From Deltaproteobacteria bacterium 13_1_40CM_4_68_19 (GTDB taxonomy: Bacteria > Myxococcota > Myxococcia > Myxococcales > 40CM-4-68-19), in assembly GCA_001918155.1 (NCBI GenBank), contig MNFJ01000031.1:1-52421 (forward strand): a stretch of 52,421 nucleotides of DNA, in the 5' to 3' direction. The notes under the pieces were generated by a model, which searched no databases, was not told the origin of the DNA, and saw only the letters and a program-made list of their open reading frames with translations. Numbering within the stretch: position 1 is the first letter of the stretch; every line of letters starts with the position of its first letter. This document shows positions 42,931 through 52,421 of the stretch, in pieces. The position numbers and the translations under genes are program-made.

Positions 42931-44178
42931 CTAAGAGACGGCCTCGCGCACCGGCGCCACCGCCGGATTCACGAGAAACTCCTCCAGCTCGTCCTTGCGC
43001 GCCGCCGCGTCGCGCTCGCCCAGTTGCAGCAGCTCGGTCGCATACTCCACATCGAACAGCAGGTAGCTGAGCATGTCGGACGGGTCCCCCCGTCCGGCGG
43101 CTTCTCCGAGCCTCCGCAGCAAGTATCCCGCCGGGCCCGAGAGCCGGGCGCGGACCGAGGGTCTCGAGAGGATGTGCTCGGCCAACGACCCCAGGTCGTG
43201 CGAGGGGCGGATGAACACGTCGGCCACCGGCCGTAGCCCGCCTCCCGCGTTCTGCAGGGCGACGGCGAGCGAGCTCGGCATCGCGTGCGAGACGCGAGCG
43301 AGCTCGTGCAGCGCGGCGTTCACCTGCCGCAGGTTCGCCAGGTCGTTTTCCACCCGGTCCAGCAGCAGCGCATCGAGGAGCTTGCCGAAGAGATAGAGCG
43401 GCGAGGAGAAGGCCCTCTGATCCTCGGCGTCCTGCCGTCCGGCGCGCGGCGCGGAGAGCGGCTTGGGCGTGCGCAGACCGACCACCAGCACCCGGCCGGC
43501 GCCCAGCTTCAGCGCGGGCGCGATCGGCGTATTCTGCCGCAGGCTGCCGTCGGAGTAGATGCGGCCGGCGACGCGCACGGTGGGAAAGATGATGGGGATG
43601 GCGGCACTGGCGAGCGCGTGCTGCGGCGTGAGCCGCACCGCGGTCCAGTCGATGGCGCGGTCGCCGGAGGATACCAGCCTGTGCGACTCGTCCTCGGTCT
43701 CGATGAACACGACCGTGTGACCGGTCTCGACGTCCGTGGCGGAGACGGTCACGCCGAGGACGCGGCGATCGGAGACGCCCTGGTGCAGGTTGCGCCAGGG
43801 GATCACGGAGCGGACCAGCTCCGCCAAGGGAGCGGCGTCGAGCAGGCTGCGCGGACCGGCGTCGCGCGCCGAACCGAAGATCCAGCGCATCAGGCCGCCC
43901 AGATCGCTCCAGCCGAGGCGGAAGATGTGCTCGAGGCTGAGCTGGCGCCACCGCTCCGCGAGCTGCCCGGCGGCGAAGTCGGGCAGGTCGTGGTGGGCGG
44001 CTACGGCGCAGGCGTTGATCGCGCCCACGCTGGTGCCCGAAAAGATCCGCGGCCGGGCCGAATCGCCCAGCCGCGGAATGAGCTTCCCCAGGACGTACCG
44101 GAGGACGCCGACCTCGTAAGCGCCGCGCGCGCCGCCTCCCGAGAGAACGAGCGCGAGCGGCGAGTCGACGTCAGTCAT
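42931..44178 (-). CDS. Patatin-like phospholipase
   Basis: LSGGGARG, GTSVG nucleophile, ASAAIP, DGS. Confidence 0.92.
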   Translation of the reverse strand: MTDVDSPLALVLSGGGARGAYEVGVLRYVLGKLIPRLGDSARPRIFSGTSVGAINACAVAAHHDLPDFAAGQLAERWRQLSLEHIFRLGWSDLGGLMRWIFGSARDAGPRSLLDAAPLAELVRSVIPWRNLHQGVSDRRVLGVTVSATDVETGHTVVFIETEDESHRLVSSGDRAIDWTAVRLTPQHALASAAIPIIFPTVRVAGRIYSDGSLRQNTPIAPALKLGAGRVLVVGLRTPKPLSAPRAGRQDAEDQRAFSSPLYLFGKLLDALLLDRVENDLANLRQVNAALHELARVSHAMPSSLAVALQNAGGGLRPVADVFIRPSHDLGSLAEHILSRPSVRARLSGPAGYLLRRLGEAAGRGDPSDMLSYLLFDVEYATELLQLGERDAAARKDELEEFLVNPAVAPVREAVS

Positions 44179-44213
44179 GAGATGATTTTAACAACGATGG
44201 CGTACCCTCTGAA

Positions 44214-44235
44214 CCGACCCGCCCCGCAGGGTCGG
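44214..44235. terminator. Possible terminator hairpin downstream of the beta-barrel gene
   Basis: CCGACCC/GGGTCGG stem just past the stop; no strong U-tract. Confidence 0.35.
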
Positions 44236-44237
44236 CG

Positions 44238-44774
44238 CTAGAATCTGAAATCGAGCCCGCCGCCCACGAAGAAAGCCTGGCGGTTGAAGGCGCTGATGTT
44301 CGAGCCGGTGCCCGTGGTCTTCGAGGTGAGGGGGAAATCCGCGTCCGCCTCGAGGTAGACCTTGAACAGCAGCAGGGGGATGTTGAACCCGACGCCGAGG
44401 CGCGCGTCGAGAAGCTCGCGCTCGCCGCTCGCCGTTTCGACGTTGATGGGCAGCGCGCCGCGAATGTAGATGGGCAGAAGCGGGGGGCTGATGCGCACGC
44501 CGGGCCGGAACACGGTTCCGATGCGGCTGCTCGCGCCAGCCGGGGCGCTGAGGTAGAACTGCTCGGCGAGCTCGAGATCGAAGGAGAGGAACGACCCGGG
44601 CGTCCAGTAGCTCAGCATGACGTTTCCGGCGAACGGCCAGTTGTCGCTGATCCAGTGCGTGCCGGCGTCGTCATGCGTCGCGACGTTGGCTTCCACCCCT
44701 AATCGCAGTCCGACGTCGGCGCGGGCGGCGAGCGGTGCGGCGAGAAGCGCGGCGGCGAGAACGAGCTGTTTCAC
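44238..44774 (-). CDS. Outer-membrane beta-barrel protein
   Basis: Signal peptide ending ARA, amphipathic strands, terminal GLDFRF. Confidence 0.72.
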   Translation of the reverse strand: MKQLVLAAALLAAPLAARADVGLRLGVEANVATHDDAGTHWISDNWPFAGNVMLSYWTPGSFLSFDLELAEQFYLSAPAGASSRIGTVFRPGVRISPPLLPIYIRGALPINVETASGERELLDARLGVGFNIPLLLFKVYLEADADFPLTSKTTGTGSNISAFNRQAFFVGGGLDFRF

Positions 44775-44854
44775 GATGGGCCTCCGTGACGGTCCCTATT
44801 CATTGGACCACCCCACGGCGGGTGCGGCCACTTTTCAGTCGCGGCCCTTCAAAC

Positions 44855-45796
44855 CTACGCCGACAGCTCGAGCATGCGCTGCACCGGCGCCAGCGCGCGC
44901 ACGCGCAGCTCCTCGGGCAGCGTGATCTCCGGCTTCCGATCGCGCATGCACAGGTAGAGCTTTTCCAGGGAGTTGAGGCGCATGTAAGGACAGATGCTGC
45001 AATTGCATCCGCTGCTCGGCGGAGCGGGGATCAGCTCGGCGTCGGGCCGCGCCTTGGACATCAGATGCAGGATTCCGACTTCCGTCGCGACGATGAAGCT
45101 CTTCGCGGGGCTCGTCTTCACGTATTCGAGCAGTCCCTTCGTCGACCCGACGAAGTCCGCGATGGCGAGCACGCTCGCCTCGCACTCGGGATGCGCGATG
45201 AGCTTCGCCTCGGGGTGACGCACCTTCAGTTTCAGCAACTGCTTTTCGGTGAACTGCTCGTGCACGATGCAGAACCCCGGCCACTTCACCATTTGCCGGC
45301 CGGTCTTCTTCTCCACCCAGGCGCCCAGGTGGCGATCGGGAGCGAAGACGATCTTCGCATCGCGGGGGAAGCTGTTGACGATCTTCTCCGCGTTGCTCGA
45401 GGTGCAGATGACGTCGCTCAGCGCCTTCACGCCGGCGGAGCAGTTGATGTAGCTGACGACCTTGTGGCCCGGATACCCTTGGAGCCACTTCGCGAACTGA
45501 TCGGGCGGACAGCGGTCGGCGAGCGAGCAGCCGGCGTCCAGGTCCGGCAGCAGGACCTGCTTGTTCGGGTTGAGGATCTTGGCGGTCTCCGCCATGAAAT
45601 GGACCCCGCAGAACACGATCACCTTCGCGCCGGTCTTCGCCGCCTGCTGCGAGAGCTGGAGGGAATCGCCCACGAAATCCGCGAGGTCCTGGATCTCCGA
45701 GTCCTGGTAGTAGTGGGCGAGGATCACCGCGTCGAGCTCCCGGCGGAGCCGCTCGATGCCGTCGAGCAGAGCCTGTCCCTGGGGCAGGTCGGCCAT
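44855..45796 (-). CDS. nadA: Quinolinate synthase
   Basis: [42 protein letters not shown]. Confidence 0.97.
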   Translation of the reverse strand: MADLPQGQALLDGIERLRRELDAVILAHYYQDSEIQDLADFVGDSLQLSQQAAKTGAKVIVFCGVHFMAETAKILNPNKQVLLPDLDAGCSLADRCPPDQFAKWLQGYPGHKVVSYINCSAGVKALSDVICTSSNAEKIVNSFPRDAKIVFAPDRHLGAWVEKKTGRQMVKWPGFCIVHEQFTEKQLLKLKVRHPEAKLIAHPECEASVLAIADFVGSTKGLLEYVKTSPAKSFIVATEVGILHLMSKARPDAELIPAPPSSGCNCSICPYMRLNSLEKLYLCMRDRKPEITLPEELRVRALAPVQRMLELSA

Positions 45797-45800
45797 GGAC

Positions 45801-46709
45801 CTATCTTAACGCTGCCTCGACCAGCTCGCCGAGGCGCGCGACCACCGCGCGTCCACCATCCTCCGCATGGCCGAACCGGTAATCGCTGCGGCCCGCGGGG
45901 AGCTCGTCGCACATCGAGAGATCGAGGCCCTCGCGGAACGTCGCCGCCGTCACGGCGCGACCTTCGATGACGACGGCGACGGGCGCGCGCTCCTCGAGGC
46001 GGGAGAGCAGGGCCTTCTTCACCGGGCGGGCGAGCGCCTTCGGCACGCGCGCGACGAGAACGCCGCGCGCTTCTTCGCGCGCCTGCGCGGCGAGCGCCTC
46101 CACCGGCGCCAGCGCTTCCTGATGCTTTCGCGCCAGCTCGTCGATGCGCCGCTGAAGCGCGGACGGGATCTGTCCGCGGACCAGCGCCTGGACGATCTGC
46201 TGCCGCAGCGACTCGCGCTGCGCGGTGCGAAGCTCGGCGGCTGCGTGATCGAGCGCATCGGATAGCCGCGCCGCACCGGGCGAGATGGCGTGCCCGCGCC
46301 CGGGGCTGTCGGCGGCTCGCGCGTCCTCGTCCGCTTCCGGCCAGGGAGGAACGCCGGCGCGGAGGAACTTCACCGCGGAGAGCAGGCCATCGAGGTCCGC
46401 GTGGGCAACGACCACGTCGACCGGCCCCGCCTTGCGCACCACCTCGGGCGTCACCAGCTCCGGGCAGGCATGCGCGATCCGATTCGGAACCAGCACGAAC
46501 CGCGGGTCCTCGCGGAACCGCGCCCAGCCGAGAGGGTGCTCGTGGTGATCGATCCAGATGGCGAGGCGAGCTCCGAGCGCCTCGATGAACGGGCGCGTGC
46601 TCTTTTCGAAGTTCTCACCGGCCGCAAACGCCACGTCGACCACCGCCACCCGGCCCTGGGGCGGCGGGGCAGGCAGGTTCCCGGGCTGCTCGACGAACAT
46701 CACTTCCAC
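45801..46709 (-). CDS. DHH-like phosphoesterase with permuted motif order
   Basis: VVDVA, WIDHH, then HADLDG. Confidence 0.65.
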   Translation of the reverse strand: MEVMFVEQPGNLPAPPPQGRVAVVDVAFAAGENFEKSTRPFIEALGARLAIWIDHHEHPLGWARFREDPRFVLVPNRIAHACPELVTPEVVRKAGPVDVVVAHADLDGLLSAVKFLRAGVPPWPEADEDARAADSPGRGHAISPGAARLSDALDHAAAELRTAQRESLRQQIVQALVRGQIPSALQRRIDELARKHQEALAPVEALAAQAREEARGVLVARVPKALARPVKKALLSRLEERAPVAVVIEGRAVTAATFREGLDLSMCDELPAGRSDYRFGHAEDGGRAVVARLGELVEAALR

Positions 46710-46794
46710 GCAGTTGTCTTAACGCCGGTCCCCCTTTGGCGTCCGCCGAATCGGCCTTTCGCCGCGATGAGTGCGAGGCTAAGCTGCGCTCCGC

Positions 46795-47319
46795 ATGCAG
46801 AACCTGCGCGACAAGCTCCTGAAGGCCGGGCTGGTGACGGAGAAGCAGGCGCAGGAGGCCGCCAAGGAGCAGCGGCAGGGGTCCGCCAGGAAGCATCGCG
46901 AACGGGAGAAGCAGACCTCCGAAGAGGAGCGGCAGCGCCAGGAGGCGTTCGCGGCCCGCGAAACCGAGCTGGCCGAGGAGCGGCGGAAGGAAGCGGCGAA
47001 GCAGGCCGAGGCGCGCATGCAGTCGGAGCGCGCGCGGCGCCTGCGGCAGCTGGTGGAGACCCACCGCATCCGCGAAGCGGGCGAGATCTCGTTCCACTAC
47101 GTCCGGCGCAGCGGAAAGATCGGGCGGTTGGACGTCTCGCTGCAGACGCAGAAGGACCTGGAGCAGGGCGCGGCCGCCGTCGTCGAGGATCCGGGGTCGC
47201 CGGACTGCGCGGTGGTGCCGGGAGAAGCCGCGAAGCGGATCTACCAGGTGGACCCGCAGGCGATCCGGTTCTGGTACGGCCCGGAGAAGCCCATCGGGTT
47301 CTCCGACGCCGGCGAATAG
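46795..47319 (+). CDS. DUF2058 (YaiL-like) family protein
   Basis: N-terminal LRDKLLKAGLV, charged coiled coil, C-terminal alpha/beta domain. Confidence 0.75.
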   Translation: MQNLRDKLLKAGLVTEKQAQEAAKEQRQGSARKHREREKQTSEEERQRQEAFAARETELAEERRKEAAKQAEARMQSERARRLRQLVETHRIREAGEISFHYVRRSGKIGRLDVSLQTQKDLEQGAAAVVEDPGSPDCAVVPGEAAKRIYQVDPQAIRFWYGPEKPIGFSDAGE

Positions 47320-47320
47320 G

Positions 47321-47482
47321 TCACTTGCTGCGCCGGCGGTAGCGGACGATCGCGAGCAGGAACGTGATCACGGCCAGGATGATCGCGGCGCCGTAGCCGA
47401 TGCGCGGAGGCAGCGACCCCGTCTGTCCCAATCCGGCAAAGAGCAGCACCATCAGGACGAGGAAGTTGATCAGCGTGCCCAT
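47321..47482 (-). CDS. Small two-TM membrane protein
   Basis: TGATG coupling to the acyl-CoA synthetase; two hydrophobic helices, RYRRRSK tail. Confidence 0.6.
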   Translation of the reverse strand: MGTLINFLVLMVLLFAGLGQTGSLPPRIGYGAAIILAVITFLLAIVRYRRRSK

Positions 47483-49221
47483 CAGGCGTGACCGAACGGG
47501 TCGGCGCGCCGGAATATCTCGAGGATTTGCGGGTGCGGCCGGTCCTCGCTCATCGCCGCGATCAGCGCCGCGTGCCGCGCGGTGGACACCGAGCGCACCA
47601 TTTTCAGGGTCGGCGTCAGCTCGCCCGTCTCCAGCGCGGGCGCCTCGGGGATGAGCGCGACCCGCCGGATCCGCTCGAAGTGCACCGATGCGAGCAGGTT
47701 GGCCGCCTGCAATGCCTCGACGATCGCGCGCCGCAGCTCCGGAACCTGGGTCAGGCCCGCGACGCTCTCGGGAACGTCGAGTTGCCGCTCTTCCAACCAC
47801 CGCTGCGCCGCGACCGGCGAGATCCAGCAGAGGGCGGTCACGAACGGCTGCCCGGCACCGAGCACCACCGCCTGCTCGAGCAGTGGGGTAGCCGCGAGCA
47901 TCCGCGCCTCCACCTCTCCCGCGGAGACCTTCTCGCCGTTCTCCAGCTTGAACACGCCGTCGATGCGGCCGCACAGCTTGAGGCCTTTCGCGGTCCATTC
48001 GCCCAGATCTCCGCTGCGCAGCCAACCGTCCTGGATCGCGGCCGCCGTGTCGGCGGGGCGGTTGTGGTATCCGCGCATGATCTGTGGCCCGCGCACGAGG
48101 ATCTCGCCGCGCCCGGGGAACCCCTCGACGGGTTCGAGCTTCACGGTCGTTCCGGGCAACGGATGGCCGACCACGCCCGGAGCGCGCGGCTGCTCGCGCC
48201 GCGTGATGGTGGCGCAGGGCGACGTCTCGGTGAGTCCCCAGCCTTCCAGCACGGGCACGCCGTGCTCCTCGAACCAACGGAAGGCGGGCTCGCTGATCGG
48301 GGCGGCGGCGCTGAAGGCGAACCGCAGCGACCGCAGCGCGTCGCGCAATTTCGCGTCCTTCTTCGCCCGGCCGGTCAGCCCGTTGTAGACGCGGGAAACG
48401 GCGAAGTACACCGTCGGGCGCACGTCGGTGATGTTCCGCACCAGGCCGTCGAGGTCCCTCCCGCGTGAGTCGTCGATCACCAGCAGCGCGCGGTGCCAGA
48501 GCGCCATCAGACGCTCGAAGAGGGCGCCAAAGCAATGGTGCCAGGGCAGCCAGCTGAGGAAGACGTCGCGCTCGCTTACGTCCCAGACGGCGGCGATCCC
48601 GGTCTGCTGGGAGAGCGCGTTGTGGTGCGTCAACTCGACGCCCTTCGGGGCGCCGGTGGTGCCGCTGGTGTAGAGGAGGAACGCGGTATCCCTGGAACGC
48701 GCCTCGACGGCGGTCTGCCCGGCGGACTTCTCCAGTGAGCGAAGGGGAACGCCGCGGGCGTCGTCGAGCAGGGGACGATCATCGAGCACGACGACCTTTT
48801 CCAGCCGACGCGACCGCGCGAGCTGGTGCTGCTGTGCCGCCGTCCCGACGACCGCGACGCGGGCGCCGGAGTCGTTGAGGCAGTGGTGCAGGACCTCGGG
48901 CGAATAGCCGGGGAAAATGGGGGCGACGGCCGCTCCGAGCGTCTGCGCGGCGAATTCCCCGATCATCATCTCGGGGGAATTGTGGGCGACGAAGGCGACC
49001 ACGTCGCCGCGCTTCACCCCCAGCGAGGCGAGCCCGGCCGCAACGGCGCGGCGGCGCGCGTCGAGCGCGGACCAGCTGAGGTCCTGCCAGCGGCCGGAGG
49101 GGCCGCGGTACCGGACCGCGGGGCGGGGTGGATCGGCAAGGGCGCGCGCCGCGATCAGCTCGGGGACGGTGTGGAAGGGAACCGCCGGCAGGGGCGGTCC
49201 GCTGATCTCTTCACCGAGCAT
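47482..49221 (-). CDS. AMP-dependent acyl-CoA synthetase (long-chain FadD15-like)
   Basis: YTSGTTGAPKG, EGWGLTET, SGDLG, GRIDGVFKLENGEKV, LTPTLK. Confidence 0.92.
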   Translation of the reverse strand: MLGEEISGPPLPAVPFHTVPELIAARALADPPRPAVRYRGPSGRWQDLSWSALDARRRAVAAGLASLGVKRGDVVAFVAHNSPEMMIGEFAAQTLGAAVAPIFPGYSPEVLHHCLNDSGARVAVVGTAAQQHQLARSRRLEKVVVLDDRPLLDDARGVPLRSLEKSAGQTAVEARSRDTAFLLYTSGTTGAPKGVELTHHNALSQQTGIAAVWDVSERDVFLSWLPWHHCFGALFERLMALWHRALLVIDDSRGRDLDGLVRNITDVRPTVYFAVSRVYNGLTGRAKKDAKLRDALRSLRFAFSAAAPISEPAFRWFEEHGVPVLEGWGLTETSPCATITRREQPRAPGVVGHPLPGTTVKLEPVEGFPGRGEILVRGPQIMRGYHNRPADTAAAIQDGWLRSGDLGEWTAKGLKLCGRIDGVFKLENGEKVSAGEVEARMLAATPLLEQAVVLGAGQPFVTALCWISPVAAQRWLEERQLDVPESVAGLTQVPELRRAIVEALQAANLLASVHFERIRRVALIPEAPALETGELTPTLKMVRSVSTARHAALIAAMSEDRPHPQILEIFRRADPFGHA

Positions 49222-49395
49222 CGGCGCGAAGTCTACGCTCCCGTGCCAGGGGAGCAAGGAGGGCCCCTGCGGCGATGTCTGCCCGAATCGATCCGTGCGC
49301 CGGGGTCGTGGCTCCTCGCGTCCGCGCGGCGGCGGCGGCGGCAGACGGTTCGCAGAGATGCGAGAACGGTTGAAATGGGCGGAGATCGCCGGCGG

Positions 49396-49855
49396 ACCAA
49401 GGGCGTGTACGCGTTCGACTACGGCGATACCGTCGGCATCACGCCCATCGTGAAGATGCATACGCTGGGGCACGACTTCATGCCGCGGTATCCATGCCGG
49501 CGGGCTGCGCTATCACGGGGCCGCGCCGCTTGTCTCGCGCTTGCTCCACGACGGCGTGATCGAGGCGGTGGCCTATCCACAGCGCGCCTGCTTCGAGGCG
49601 GCGGTCACGTTCTCGCGCACGGAGGGGATCATTCCCGCGCCGGAGAGCTCGCATGCGATCAAGGCGGCCATCGACGAGGCGAAGAAGGCGGATGCGGAAG
49701 GAAAGTCTCGGGTGATCCTCTTCAACCTGTCCGGGCACGGGCACTTCGATCTGGGCGCGTACGACCAGTACTTCGCCGGCAAGCTGGAGGACTTCGAGTA
49801 TCCGCGCGAGGCGGTGGCGCGGTCGATTGCGAACCTGCCGCGAGTGGAGATGTGA
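49396..49855 (+). pseudogene. C-terminal remnant of TrpB2-type tryptophan synthase beta chain, frameshifted at ~49486
   Basis: TKGVYAFDYGDTVGITPIVKMHTLGHDFMP, then in a shifted frame IHAGGLRYHG, EGIIPAPESSHA, NLSGHGHFD; no N-terminal part. Confidence 0.85.
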
Positions 49856-49868
49856 AGCCGGGAGGGCG

Positions 49869-51986
<2,118 letters not shown>

Positions 51987-52194
51987 GTCTGCCTTGCCTT
52001 CCTGAATGCCCCTCCGGAAAAGGGGCGCTGCCACTACCAAGAATCAGTGCGAAAAATCAAGCGCACGGACGCGCTGCTGGCGACCGAGTCTGCCATCGCG
52101 GGATGTGCCGGGCGACTTCTTAGATGCCTCCAGGCCCGTTTGGTTGCGGGAAACAACGCGCCGCGCCAGCGCAATCCCAGGCGGCGAGGTTACG

Positions 52195-52421
52195 GACAAG
52201 AAGGGCCGCTGGCAGTGCCGCTACAGCGAGGGTGCCGTCCGGATCCGGGAGCAGAAGAAGTACGACAGGGTGGTGGCGTTCGGTCGCGCGTTGCCTCGCA
52301 TGCGCCAGGCCATCGATCGCGACATGCGGCTGCCAGGGCTGCCGCGCGAGAAGGTGATGGCGTGCATAATGCGCATTCTCTCCACCTGCTTCATGCGGCC
52401 GGGCAGCGAGGCCTACGCGAA
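52195..52421 (+). CDS. Bacterial DNA topoisomerase IB fragment; runs off the window, N-terminal region not recognisable
   Basis: Own translation (not in ORF track): DKKGRWQCRY...KKYDRVVAFGRALPRMRQAIDRDMRLPGLPREKVMACIMRILSTCFMRPGSEAYA. Confidence 0.8.

Noticed and set aside
49231-49250. Sigma54 promoter (TGGCACG on minus) upstream of the acyl-CoA synthetase
   Set aside because: No TTGC-like -12 element at the required spacing; TAGACT -10 fits better

Overview
High-GC bacterial chromosomal segment. Gene content suggests Myxococcota/Anaeromyxobacter-like origin (inference from the SCPU chaperone-usher locus, ACF-type che cluster and delta-type EF-G). It is mostly housekeeping/metabolic: the 3' end of a cytochrome c oxidase operon with two extra small membrane ORFs, a SAM methyltransferase, sirtuin, MOFRL kinase, miaE, hrpB, an ABC-2 exporter, a 7-gene chemosensory operon with a REC-CheW fusion, a BtuF-like/phospholipase C-like pair, ffh, dedA, tRNA-Leu(UAA), sucA, an M1 aminopeptidase, a Csu/protein-U pilus locus with three pilins, treS-mak, malQ, csp, patatin, nadA, a DHH-like protein with permuted motif order, an acyl-CoA synthetase, a trpB2 remnant, fusA and a topoisomerase IB fragment at the right edge. 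I saw no CRISPR array, integrase, transposase or prophage gene. I cannot demonstrate a wholly new system. The best leads are the REC-CheW chemosensory operon, a ~96-nt rod-like hairpin downstream of ffh, the permuted DHH protein, pervasive leaderless/bidirectional promoter architecture, a degenerate maltokinase domain and the CxxC micro-protein in the cox operon. Five genes carry abrupt lesions that may be real decay or assembly errors. All calls are from motif recognition by eye; no searches were run.
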